The notes beneath the pieces are model-generated. The model was not told the origin of the DNA. It saw nothing but the letters and a program-made list of their open reading frames with translations, and searched no databases. Positions 39,652 to 49,296 of a stretch of 64,000 nucleotides of DNA are shown here, piece by piece. Origin of the DNA: an uncultured Verrucomicrobiae bacterium (lineage in GTDB: Bacteria > Chlamydiota > Chlamydiia > Chlamydiales > Rhabdochlamydiaceae); the NCBI GenBank assembly GCA_963718565.1, contig OY970364.1, positions 1,152,001 to 1,216,000 on the forward strand, written 5' to 3'. Position numbers and translations under genes: made by a program. Every line of letters starts with the position of its first letter. Positions within the stretch are counted from its first letter, which is position 1.

Positions 39652-39724
39652 TAACCGATTTAGAATCAAAGACTTCCAACGAATTTGAGATCGGAATCTT
39701 CCGATCTCAAATTCAAAAAGCCTA

Positions 39725-39844
39725 TTACAAGTGTTTGATATGGCTTGAGAGCCTATGAAGGTCGCGGCTTAATCTATCAATTCTTCTTGCGAGTACAGCT
39801 TTTTTTCGACGGAAACGTCTTGTTATCATCATTGTTTTTCTCAT
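39725..39844 (-). CDS. Small Arg-rich protein (39 aa, absent from ORF track)
   Basis: AGAGGA RBS, MRKTMMITRRFRRKKAVLARRIDRLSRDLHRLSSHIKHL*. Confidence 0.45.
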   Translation of the reverse strand: MRKTMMITRRFRRKKAVLARRIDRLSRDLHRLSSHIKHL

Positions 39845-40039
39845 ACATTCCTCTTATTTTACTCTTTCTGGGACGCCGATGGGGTTTCGACAAACCTCAC
39901 AACATTAATATACAATTTATGAAATTATTTTTAAATATAATGCGAATGTAAATAACAATTGCTATTTTCATAACAAACTAATATTCAACTTTAAATAATC
40001 CAAGAAATAAATTTTACAAGAAGCGATGGGCTCAGGTTA

Positions 40040-40942
40040 CTATCTGAAAAGACTTGCCAGAACTAGACTTTTTAAGTCTTTGTCAACGCCTGGGACGATC
40101 TGGACTATTTTAGAATTAGCTCCGATCACAAATAAGGTAGGATAGCCGGATACTCCAAACAGCTTGCGCAAAGCTCCGGATTTGTCTTCGACCCATTCAA
40201 TGTCCGAAGGATATTCTAGCGCTCCTTTGGGCAATATCGGGGCAATGTTGATGAAGCGACAAGCACTTTCCCTAATTTGCGGGATGATCGCACTCAGGGT
40301 CAATAGCTGTTCCTTGCAATGAGAACAATCTGGAGAAACAAAATTCACGATCATCCGCGAGTTCGCATCCATATTGCTGACAGTGCGTCCATCGGAAGTT
40401 CGCACCTTGAAGGCAGGTGCAGCATCTCCGATGTGTAGACTAGTAGCGCTGACGACAGGATTATTCTTAACGCTATACGCCATCAACGTGAGGTTTAGGC
40501 AGCTGAACAACGCCACGACGGACACAGGAGCAAACAAGAGAAGGCAGAGGCGTTCTCTGGCCGAAGAGTTGCTGACCCCACCGCTTATGGGTGGGGTTGT
40601 AACCCAAATCGTCCACATTAAGATGTTGCAGCCATGGCCGATCAAGCAAATCGTGCAGATGCGAGGAAAATCGATGTAGGTTAATGTCAAAGCGAGCAAA
40701 ACAGCCCAAATCAAGCCACCACGAGCCATCCGAGGTCCTGGGAGGCTTGGGAAAAGCAGTGAAAGGGCGATTAGTCCCGCAAAATAAGCGGCGCCAAAGA
40801 GGAGGAAGTAGGGGTTGCTAGCAGAGCATGTTTGGCAACTTAAGGCGTTAAATGATTTCGATGGTTCCGGCAGCTTTAAAAATAACGCAATCAGGGCAAC
40901 AAATCCTAAAATAGGGACAAAATAACAACGTATATATTTCAT
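40040..40942 (-). CDS. Membrane protein with VKOR-like Cys pairs fused to a thioredoxin/redoxin domain
   Basis: CQTC, CTIC in TM region; IGDAAPAF, CSHC, GYPTLFVI. Confidence 0.75.
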   Translation of the reverse strand: MKYIRCYFVPILGFVALIALFLKLPEPSKSFNALSCQTCSASNPYFLLFGAAYFAGLIALSLLFPSLPGPRMARGGLIWAVLLALTLTYIDFPRICTICLIGHGCNILMWTIWVTTPPISGGVSNSSARERLCLLLFAPVSVVALFSCLNLTLMAYSVKNNPVVSATSLHIGDAAPAFKVRTSDGRTVSNMDANSRMIVNFVSPDCSHCKEQLLTLSAIIPQIRESACRFINIAPILPKGALEYPSDIEWVEDKSGALRKLFGVSGYPTLFVIGANSKIVQIVPGVDKDLKSLVLASLFR

Positions 40943-41529
40943 GGTACGGTGGCCTGACACCATTTCATTGGGGATGTGCCTGGACCTAGCGCTTTTGCCA
41001 TAAAAATCCCACTGTCTTCACTCTCTTTGAGCGTGGCTCCCGACCAATATCCAGTCGCGCAGGTGGAAGTATCGCAATTGCCGCCAAGCGTCATCCACTC
41101 TCCCTCTGCACGTATCACATCGCAAAGGCAGATTGCTTTTTTGGGGTTTGATGGATCTACCGTACAGCGTTTGTTCAAACACCAAGTCCAAGGCGTCCCA
41201 CTAGGACACTTCATCCCTTTCTTTCCTTGGTTAGCTTGCTCCAAAGAAAATGCCGAATATAGAGTACGGATGCCATACTCATCGGTACTCGGTTGCAGAG
41301 TACTGCAAGGAACAGTGGACATACTCTTCCCTTGTTGAACATCGCAAACGCAGATGGCTTTCGTGGCATCGCCGGGCTCCGGAACGCAGATGGCAGAAGT
41401 ACACAGCGCGTATTGTTGATCGCAAATCTGCATATTATTATTGCTTCCCTGACTACATCCCATAACCACGATGAATGTGGCCGCAACTGGCATAATGCAA
41501 TAAAATAACAAGCGTTTTAATAAATCCAT
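40939..41529 (-). CDS. Cys-rich lipoprotein with internal repeat
   Basis: VMGC lipobox, 14 further Cys, KAIC.CDV twice; ATGA overlap with the next gene. Confidence 0.8.
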   Translation of the reverse strand: MDLLKRLLFYCIMPVAATFIVVMGCSQGSNNNMQICDQQYALCTSAICVPEPGDATKAICVCDVQQGKSMSTVPCSTLQPSTDEYGIRTLYSAFSLEQANQGKKGMKCPSGTPWTWCLNKRCTVDPSNPKKAICLCDVIRAEGEWMTLGGNCDTSTCATGYWSGATLKESEDSGIFMAKALGPGTSPMKWCQATVP

Positions 41530-41667
41530 AGTGCCATAAGAACTCGTCTCTCAACTCAAATTAGCGAAAAAGTTTTTTTCTGAATAGATGGAAAGATCTT
41601 TGTGTTGACTGTCGTATCGAAAATCTGTTAATTACCCATCTTGAGTTTTTTTATGTTTGGCACAAAT

Positions 41668-44193
41668 ATGAAGTCCGTGGCGATATTTTGTGTAATCATC
41701 ACTCTCTTCCTTACCGTTGTTTGTCCCAAAAAAGACAAAAAGATGGAAAGCTCTTTTCTAGAGTTTTCGGACTCTTCTTTAGCTTCTCTTGACACAAAAA
41801 TCCCATCTATTTTTCACAAAATTGCCGACGACACGTTGTACCTCTGCGCTGGCCTTGTCCTCGAACCTATTTCCTGTTTGGCCCGTTTAACGTGTGGGAT
41901 CAGCTTGATTTCTCCGTGGGCTTCTACAGTCGGGAACGAATTTCTCTTGTTTAGTCACCTGTGCTCCTCTTCGACACAGGATATCTTAAATCAGGTATTC
42001 CATGAGACTCCTTCATCCAACCAGCTCCCCTCATTCAAGGGGGTTCGTCCTTCTCATTCCTCCTGGTATCTTAACAAAGCACTTCTATCTCAAATCCCTG
42101 CTTTTTCAGACGAAGAAAAACAACTCCTCTTCTTCTTAGAAAAGCGCTGGCTTGCAAAAGTCACGGGTTTCTATCCTTTAATGGTGAATTGGGTTTGTCC
42201 TTGTTTTGGGATGTGTCTTCAAGTGCATCCCGAGACGACAAGTTCCTACTCGAGAAATCCAGCAAACAAATTCTCTCAGACCTACACGGATATTGTGAAT
42301 GACTGGAAACAGTCGCTGCCTCATCCTCAATACTATCCATTAATCTTGACTCGACCTTTTGATATTCAAAACTTCTTGCCCACTTGCCTCGAAGTTTTTA
42401 AAGAGGAAGATATTCAGACCACTGTGGAAAGAGTGGCATTACACATGCAATCGGCAGATGCAAAGCCAATTGTCGATTTGACGCGCGTTTTGCCAGAAAA
42501 TATTAAGAATCGGAAAGAATGGGTACGGATTTGGGAAGAATACCGCATCCATTTTTTGCAGCGATGCAAAGAGTACAATTTAGATCCTCATCGGATCATC
42601 TGCATACAAAGATTGCGTGGACAAGCCATTGGGGGCATACGCATTCTTCCTCTCTCCGGCCCATTTATAGACCAACTTGAATCTCATTTTCAGTATCTTT
42701 TAGAATGGGTCTCCACTTTCGGTCTTTCTGCTAACCGAATCGAGCTCGATCGATATTCCCTTGCTCCTGATCGTCCTATGATTGCCAAACCCTGCGTTTT
42801 ACCGGCTTCCATCGAATCCAAAAAGGAATTCCTTTCTACTCTGACTCAGTTTAGCCACAATTGGAAATCAAACCTTCCTCATGAAACTCTTTTAGTTAAA
42901 GGCATGTTACAAGTGCTTGAAGGGCTGTTAACATCTCTTACAGAAGAGAAATGGAATCAAATCATGCTCTCTCCTACGCGATCAATGCTTGTGCAGCTCA
43001 GCTTTTTGAAAATAAAAAAGCAATGGGAAATCTTGCTCCAAAACAAAAAGGGCCCTTACTTTTTCGACATCGTGGAACAAATTCATGCTGACCTATCCGC
43101 GCTTCTTGAAGTCCTTGCTCCTTTCTCAGCCGAAGATTTTCCTTCCATCTATAGAGAGATCTTGACAATCCCTGCAAATCTCCAACCTTTGACCTCTTGT
43201 GGAATTCACGCAGCCGGAATGACAAGCTTAACGGGAATTTTCAAAGCTGTAGAAAAGAGCATAGGCTCGTTTCCTCGAGTGCTTTATGGGGAGAATACTT
43301 ATTTCGAATGCATTAACGCCGCAGAACGGATTTCCAAGGCCACTCCTGTCGATCTATCAAGTGAAGAGGACTTGCGAGAGGCCGATCTGATTTTAAGCCA
43401 ATTCAATCCCGTTTTGAGAAGAATTGATTTTGAAATTGCGGAATACAAAGTGGAGAAAGTCTCTGAAACCTTGCGCAGAGTATTGAATACACGCAGAGAA
43501 AAACCATTCACTCTTGCTTTAGATTGCACGTTAGACTTTATCAATTCGTCTCGAGTCAGCGGGCTGCTTCAAGAGTTCCAACAAGAAATCGAAAAAGGTA
43601 TCCTCAATATCATCTGTTATCGAAGTGGTCTTAAGTTCGATATCTTTGGGATGGATAACTTCTGCGGCGCCCCGTTTTTTATGATCCATAATCAAGATCA
43701 GCAGTGGAGTTGTTTTGATCCGATCTTGAACGACCCGGCTCTTCAGACCGATCCCTTAAGCCTCAATTGGTTTTGTGTCGCTTATAAATACGCCGCTGAC
43801 CAATTAGAACTTTATCGGAAACAGATCTTTGATAATACGCGCGCCCTATTCCACAAAACCCCTAAGCGCATTCTCGATGTAAAAAGAGGAAATTATCGTG
43901 TTGTTCCTACTGAAGAAGATGCACACTTGTCTTTCATCGATATCAAGATCTTCGGTCCCTTCCACGCCATCCGCGGCGGAGTGTTAGCAGGGGGTTGCCT
44001 TTACCTCAAATGCATGGAAGGAGGCCACCCCATCTTTTATCGGCCAAGCTTAGGACTTTATCACCCTAACTTTTCGATGATCTTTTGCGAAAACTTCACC
44101 ACAATTCGCTTGACTGTAGGGTTGGACCCGGCCCAGATCGATCACTTGGCCAAAAGCATCGAAATCATCGATTCCCTCAACGGCAATCGTTGA
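41668..44193 (+). CDS. Large hypothetical protein with PLP-dependent transferase-like C-terminal half
   Basis: AGMTSL, YGENTYFE, LALDCT, RSGLKF, IRLTVGLD pattern. Confidence 0.6.
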   Translation: MKSVAIFCVIITLFLTVVCPKKDKKMESSFLEFSDSSLASLDTKIPSIFHKIADDTLYLCAGLVLEPISCLARLTCGISLISPWASTVGNEFLLFSHLCSSSTQDILNQVFHETPSSNQLPSFKGVRPSHSSWYLNKALLSQIPAFSDEEKQLLFFLEKRWLAKVTGFYPLMVNWVCPCFGMCLQVHPETTSSYSRNPANKFSQTYTDIVNDWKQSLPHPQYYPLILTRPFDIQNFLPTCLEVFKEEDIQTTVERVALHMQSADAKPIVDLTRVLPENIKNRKEWVRIWEEYRIHFLQRCKEYNLDPHRIICIQRLRGQAIGGIRILPLSGPFIDQLESHFQYLLEWVSTFGLSANRIELDRYSLAPDRPMIAKPCVLPASIESKKEFLSTLTQFSHNWKSNLPHETLLVKGMLQVLEGLLTSLTEEKWNQIMLSPTRSMLVQLSFLKIKKQWEILLQNKKGPYFFDIVEQIHADLSALLEVLAPFSAEDFPSIYREILTIPANLQPLTSCGIHAAGMTSLTGIFKAVEKSIGSFPRVLYGENTYFECINAAERISKATPVDLSSEEDLREADLILSQFNPVLRRIDFEIAEYKVEKVSETLRRVLNTRREKPFTLALDCTLDFINSSRVSGLLQEFQQEIEKGILNIICYRSGLKFDIFGMDNFCGAPFFMIHNQDQQWSCFDPILNDPALQTDPLSLNWFCVAYKYAADQLELYRKQIFDNTRALFHKTPKRILDVKRGNYRVVPTEEDAHLSFIDIKIFGPFHAIRGGVLAGGCLYLKCMEGGHPIFYRPSLGLYHPNFSMIFCENFTTIRLTVGLDPAQIDHLAKSIEIIDSLNGNR

Positions 44194-44243
44194 TGGTTAC
44201 GAAGATTTAACGCAAATCCATATAGGTCTCTTTCTTTAGGTCT

Positions 44244-45158
44244 TTACGCCGCTTTTTTTGTCGAGCGATAAATCTGAGCGATTTCTTTCGAAAACTCATC
44301 TAGAGTTGTCTTTCCTCTATGATCAGGGGTCAGCTGCTGCGAGGGAGCAATCTTCCCTTCATTGAAGGCTCTCCACATTTCCACCAGCAAGTGGGCAACT
44401 TGATGTTTCATCCCTGACTCGATCATCCTTTTCTCATGGGTTTCATAAGAAAGCTGTATATATTTCAAATCGGGCTTATCCATCGCCTTTCCAATAATTT
44501 TTGTCGCATCATCCATTGTTATTTCACGGGGTCCGATAAACTCAAAAACAGTGGACCCAGTAAATTTTAATGTATCGAGCAGCTCAGCTGCCTTGAGAGC
44601 GATGTCACGTGTGGCAACCATAGGGATAGCGAGTTCTCCTTTAAGGCTCATGGAGATATTCCCGGAGCTTTTAATACCCGGGAGCGTCCAAAGCAAGTTC
44701 TCCATAAAGAAAGCGGGACGAAAATGAAGAACGTTCACATTCGGAATTAAATTTAGCCTTTCTTCTTGCCGATGCAATTCTTTAATGGGACCTGTCCCAG
44801 AGGAAAGATGCGCGCCAATTGCGCTGAGATTTAAAACATGAGAAATTTTTGCTTTCGCAATGGCTTGAATAGTTGCTTCCGCCAGTTTATCTCGAAAAAC
44901 CTCCATATCGCCTGCGGTATACCCAGGAGGGATAAAGCTGAAAATCGCATGACATCCCTGAAACGCCTTGGTCAAAGAATTCACGTCCTCTGTGACATCT
45001 CCAGCAATAATTTCTGCACCCTTTGCTTTAAGCTCTTGAAGTTTATGCTCATCTTGTCCAAGTGCACGAACTTTGTGACCTTTTTTCAATAATTCTTCCG
45101 TTAAGTAGCGACCGATCTGGCCGGTAGCCCCCATAATTGCAAAAGTAGATTTTGCCAT
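44244..45158 (-). CDS. NmrA-family NAD(P)-binding protein
   Basis: MGATGQIG, RPAFFMEN, VATRDIA. Confidence 0.92.
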   Translation of the reverse strand: MAKSTFAIMGATGQIGRYLTEELLKKGHKVRALGQDEHKLQELKAKGAEIIAGDVTEDVNSLTKAFQGCHAIFSFIPPGYTAGDMEVFRDKLAEATIQAIAKAKISHVLNLSAIGAHLSSGTGPIKELHRQEERLNLIPNVNVLHFRPAFFMENLLWTLPGIKSSGNISMSLKGELAIPMVATRDIALKAAELLDTLKFTGSTVFEFIGPREITMDDATKIIGKAMDKPDLKYIQLSYETHEKRMIESGMKHQVAHLLVEMWRAFNEGKIAPSQQLTPDHRGKTTLDEFSKEIAQIYRSTKKAA

Positions 45159-45180
45159 TTTTTAATCCTCCATGAATATT

Positions 45181-45362
45181 GAGGGAATTGCCAAACTCTT
45201 CGCCGCATAAAATCGCGCTTTTGGCACCTGTCGCCTTGGCGGCGGATCTCCTACTTATCCAAGTATGCTTTCGCCGCCGCCAACCGAACCCGCTGTGCGA
45301 GTTCTGGCAACAGATGCCAAAATCATCGATTTTCTGCTGGCGAGGAGTTTTGCAATTCCCTC
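45181..45362. mobile_element. 182-bp GAGGG...CCCTC MITE
   Basis: TIR GAGGGAATTGC, TSD TATT. Confidence 0.92.
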
Positions 45363-45430
45363 TATTCTTTATATTTTTTATTTATAAAAATTTGCATTGG
45401 TTTGTCAATATTGTTTAGATATAGTGGTCG

Positions 45431-46663
45431 TTATTTCGACTCATATTTCCTGAAAAGTCTTTTTTTGTATCCGACTAGAAGAATAAGACAAGCGATAAAC
45501 ATCGACGCCCCTCCAATGAGATAAGGGCTGTCATAACTCAAATCCAATAAGGCTCCTCCCATAAAAGGAGTGGCAGCAAAAGCAAACGATTGCAATGCAA
45601 GGAATACGCCCAGAGTTTCTCCTTGTTGACTTTTTGTCGTAAGATTGGAAACAATTGCTGTCCCTACAGGGAAAATCAACGCGATCAAGAATTGTTGAAT
45701 AGAGATATTAAACCAGTAGGATGCAATGCTCGCATGGAAAAGGAGAAATAAGAATAATCCAAGCGCTGCGAGAGCAACAAATAAGATGGGCAAACCTTTG
45801 AATTGATTTACAATTGGCCGAATGAGCACTCCGCTACTGAGAACATAAACAGCAGATCCTAAAGCATAGAAGTTGCCGATTTGAGAAACGTTAAGCCCAT
45901 AATTCTTAATCCAAGTCACGGGGATAAATTCCCAATAGAAAGACCAGCCAAAGCAGAAGATAAAAAAGGCAGAAAAAATCACGCGGAATTTTTGCGCAAA
46001 AATCTTTTTCCAGAGATCACATAAGGGCGATGCAAGACGAGTAGATCCATATTTCCTTTCGGCAAGAGTCTCTGAAAAAAATAGGCAGATCAAAAGAAAG
46101 TTTAATAGAGCGGCAAAGATAGCAAAGATAAAAGGAACATCGAAACCATAGGCAGACAACCTCCCCCCTAGAAAAGGCCCCACAGCAAAACCCATTCCAT
46201 TTGCCATAGAGATCAATGCAAAGTTTTTTGCCTTTGCCGAAGATGAGCTCATATCGGCTACAGAAGAATTAATCACTGCAATATTGCCTGCTCCAGTACC
46301 CGTTACAATTCTTCCTAAGACCAGAAAAAAAAATGACTTCTGCAAAACTCCAAAAGCACTTAAAAGAGCGCCCAGAGCAATCGCAAATGTTGTGACTTGC
46401 AAGATGGGCTTGCGCCCTTTTCGATCGGAAAGCTCCCCAATACCAGGAGAACTAAAAAACTGTGCAATTGGGCAAGCAGAAAGCAAAACTCCTAGCCAAA
46501 ACCCGCGTAGAATATTGGAAGCAGGGCCTAAAAAAATCGAGTCGGAATGAAAAATCGAAGCTGCAAAAATGGGATAAACAAGACCATAGCTCATCCAATT
46601 TAGGAAGGCTCCAAAACAGAGAATAAAAAAGGACGTCTTTAAAAATTTCGGAGATTTGATCAT
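45431..46663 (-). CDS. MFS transporter (DHA1/TetA-like)
   Basis: GELSDRKGRKP, GRIVTG, GFAVGPFLGG. Confidence 0.9.
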   Translation of the reverse strand: MIKSPKFLKTSFFILCFGAFLNWMSYGLVYPIFAASIFHSDSIFLGPASNILRGFWLGVLLSACPIAQFFSSPGIGELSDRKGRKPILQVTTFAIALGALLSAFGVLQKSFFFLVLGRIVTGTGAGNIAVINSSVADMSSSSAKAKNFALISMANGMGFAVGPFLGGRLSAYGFDVPFIFAIFAALLNFLLICLFFSETLAERKYGSTRLASPLCDLWKKIFAQKFRVIFSAFFIFCFGWSFYWEFIPVTWIKNYGLNVSQIGNFYALGSAVYVLSSGVLIRPIVNQFKGLPILFVALAALGLFLFLLFHASIASYWFNISIQQFLIALIFPVGTAIVSNLTTKSQQGETLGVFLALQSFAFAATPFMGGALLDLSYDSPYLIGGASMFIACLILLVGYKKRLFRKYESK

Positions 46664-46774
46664 ATAGCCTTGCGACTTCCTCAATAAATAATCGATGAGT
46701 AAATTTTCTGACGAAAAAAAACAAATCAGATAAGTTTAGAAATGGTCGATTCAATTTTTTAAAAGAAGGAAAAT

Positions 46775-47284
46775 ATGAGAATTTTTATGTGTTTCAGTCT
46801 GCAAATCATAGGAGCTTTTTCTCTTTTTGCCGCCAACCCTAACAAGTCCCCCGAACCCTCCGATGCCAAAGCTTTAGGTAAAGAATTAATGAGCAATTTG
46901 CCTGGAATATTTTCTCTCGACAATGAAAATCAGGAAAAAATTGATAACTATGAAGTACCTGCGATTCGCAATGGAAATTGGATACTGACGACGCATCCGG
47001 TATCCCTTGTAGAGAGTTTTACCAAGGACACCCAGGCCATCGCGACGATCTTTGTTAAGGTAAACGAGGAATTTGTGCGTCTCTCAACAACAGAAGTCAA
47101 TGAAAAAGCTGGGACAAGTTTATCCCACTCTCATCCTGTCTATAAGCGGCTTTTAGGAGAGCTCCGCTACACAGGCATTGTTACCCTTTCCGGAAACAAA
47201 TATATGACCGATTATGATGTATTCCGTGACAGGCAAGGAAGAGTCGTAGGCGCTTACCTTGTCGGAATTCCAATTGAGCAATAA
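46775..47284 (+). CDS. Stand-alone exported Cache (Cache3/Cache2-like) domain protein
   Basis: ATIFV...EFVRLSTT...AGT.L...HPVY..LL...YTG...L.G..YMT.Y...D.QG.VVGA..VG. Confidence 0.7.
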   Translation: MRIFMCFSLQIIGAFSLFAANPNKSPEPSDAKALGKELMSNLPGIFSLDNENQEKIDNYEVPAIRNGNWILTTHPVSLVESFTKDTQAIATIFVKVNEEFVRLSTTEVNEKAGTSLSHSHPVYKRLLGELRYTGIVTLSGNKYMTDYDVFRDRQGRVVGAYLVGIPIEQ

Positions 47285-47389
47285 CAGCTTAAGAAACGTT
47301 CTCTAGGGAAGTCCTCTGCAGCGTTTGTGCGATGCAGGCAGGCTCAAATACAGCGGCTGCCCGACGTAAACAAAAATTAAATCTTGAGT

Positions 47390-47581
47390 TCATTTCGGTA
47401 TAAACAAACGTAAAATCACCCAAATCGCTGCTAACCCAATAAGAACGTAAATCATGTGCTGAAGCATGCGCATCGCAATAAAGACCCACATGATCATATT
47501 AAAATCTGCAATGCCGATAGTGCCCCAGTTCAAGCCACCGATCACGAGTAAAATAATTGCAATCCTATCTAAGATTTTCAT
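47390..47581 (-). CDS. DUF378 family small membrane protein
   Basis: LLVIGGLNWG.IG...FN, IYVLIGLAAIW. Confidence 0.85.
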   Translation of the reverse strand: MKILDRIAIILLVIGGLNWGTIGIADFNMIMWVFIAMRMLQHMIYVLIGLAAIWVILRLFIPK

Positions 47582-47629
47582 AATTCTCCACATCGCCACA
47601 ATCAATCACATATATAAAATTAAAACTCA

Positions 47630-47790
47630 GAGACGTCCATACTAATCGTTACCCACAGTCCATTCCCAGTATAGTCAGCAGTAGGCCCAAGCCCATGTGC
47701 CCATGAATGAGAGTTGAACAAAAGCTCTGACCCATCCTGAATAAACAGGACGAGTTCTTCGGACCAGCGAGCTTTTTCTAATACCGCTTC
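47630..47790 (-). pseudogene. IS4-family (Tn5-like) transposase fragment
   Basis: VLFIQDGSELLFNSH...GLGP...GNGL. Confidence 0.55.
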
Positions 47791-47879
47791 AGAGAACGTC
47801 TCTAAAATTTTGTAGACGTTTAAAAGTTTGACAGGTAAAGATCGTAAATATTTCAAAAAACCAACTCAAAAAGAGGTCT

Positions 47880-48941
47880 ATGGCAACATCAAACCTTACA
47901 TCAAAAGTACAATTTTGGACCTATCGGCTATCGACGATCCTCAAATCGTTCAAGACCCTATACACTCTGCCGCCTTCAAAAGTCGATGCTTTCATGAATT
48001 CCTATGTCATTTACGACCATGATTGGGTCAATGAGAAAGAGCTTGTTGAGAAATTTGGGCCTAATTATGTGGAAGAAGTTCAAAAAAAATTGGTCGATTA
48101 TTACTCGGTTCTCAATCACCTCTGCTCTATCGGCCAAGTGGAAAAAATGTACATTCCTCCAGCTATCGATCTCACATCCAGTATTATCGCTAATCAAAAA
48201 TTATTCGAGAAACTCATGTGTAAAGATTTAAGGCTGGCTCCCAGCCATAAAGTTCTCGACATCGGGTGCGGCAGAGGGCGCGTTGCTTGCCACATGGCTC
48301 AAATGTCAGGCGCGTATGTCGTTGGAATGAACATTGACCCCGATCAATTGGAGAGCGGTAAAAAATTTGCTTCAGGACATGGACTATCGCATCGTTGTTC
48401 ATTCCTTAAAGGGGATTTGAACGAGATTCCCTATTCTTTCCCCGATGCTTCTTTCGATCATATTTATGAAATCCAGTGCATCTTCAGCCTTTCAAAGGAT
48501 CTAGGTAAAACATTCAAAGAAGTCCACCGCCTCTTAAAGCCAGGAGGAAAATTTGCATGTCTCGAATGGGCAAGCCTGGACAAATTTGACCCAAAGAATT
48601 CTCATCATACGGAACTCATGAGAAGAATTAAACCTCTGATTGGAGCAATCGGCACCCATTCTGTCGATAATTGCATCCATCTTCTGAAACAGGCTGGATT
48701 TGAAATCATCAAGAATGAAAATGCAAGCGTAGGAGGCTATCAAGCTCCTCTGATCGAGAACGCCGATAAATTCTACACTCGTGTAAACCGATTGATCAAC
48801 CTCTTTGTCGCTTGCAAAATCCTGCCAGCCCATTTTAAAGTGCTTTTCGACCGCTTGACCAAAGATGGCGAAGCCTTTATTGAAGCAGACCGTCTCGGTC
48901 TTGTCACTACTAGCCATTACATCATCGCGCAAAAGAAATAG
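47880..48941 (+). CDS. Class I SAM-dependent methyltransferase (sterol-methyltransferase-like)
   Basis: VLDIGCGRG, FPDASFD, RLLKPGGKF. Confidence 0.85.
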   Translation: MATSNLTSKVQFWTYRLSTILKSFKTLYTLPPSKVDAFMNSYVIYDHDWVNEKELVEKFGPNYVEEVQKKLVDYYSVLNHLCSIGQVEKMYIPPAIDLTSSIIANQKLFEKLMCKDLRLAPSHKVLDIGCGRGRVACHMAQMSGAYVVGMNIDPDQLESGKKFASGHGLSHRCSFLKGDLNEIPYSFPDASFDHIYEIQCIFSLSKDLGKTFKEVHRLLKPGGKFACLEWASLDKFDPKNSHHTELMRRIKPLIGAIGTHSVDNCIHLLKQAGFEIIKNENASVGGYQAPLIENADKFYTRVNRLINLFVACKILPAHFKVLFDRLTKDGEAFIEADRLGLVTTSHYIIAQKK

Positions 48942-48947
48942 GGAATA

Positions 48948-48981
48948 GACCTCTTTCGAAACTTTAGTTTCGAAAGAGGTC
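48948..48981. repeat. Short palindrome with TA flanks
   Basis: GACCTCTTTCGAAAC-ttta-GTTTCGAAAGAGGTC just after the methyltransferase stop. Confidence 0.65.
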
Positions 48982-49045
48982 TACACTCATTATCACTCAA
49001 AAAACTCTCAAGGTAGCAGGAAGTGGCAGAGAAAAGCAAGAGAGG

Positions 49046-49213
49046 CAGGGCACAGGAAATTAAGAAGATTTTTTTAAATTCACTAAAAGTTTTTAAAGTG
49101 CTTCTTTTTCACATGTCGGGGACACGCAGTGCTTTGTCCCCGACATGTGAAAAAGAGACACTTTAAAAACCTTTACTAAGTTTAAAAAATTCTTCTTAAT
49201 TTCCTATACCCTG
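49046..49213. mobile_element. 168-bp palindromic MITE with ISAs1-type ends
   Basis: CAGGG...CCCTG ends, 10-bp TSD GCAAGAGAGG. Confidence 0.9.
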
Positions 49214-49296
49214 GCAAGAGAGGATTTCGCACTTGCAGCTATTGGTAAAAAGGATTTAAAATGGAAGGTCCTTTGAAAATTATCGCTTTGAACAAC

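Noticed and set aside
45179..45418. 79-aa ORF resembling the N-termini of 30892 and 34393
   Set aside because: It is the open frame of the MITE itself, not a protein family; similar artefacts at 17152-17388, 10586-10780, 29165-29377 and 60294-60548
47868..48983. Methyltransferase flanked by GAGGTCTA / TAGACCTC as a composite transposon
   Set aside because: The upstream match is short, doubles as the RBS, and there is no TSD
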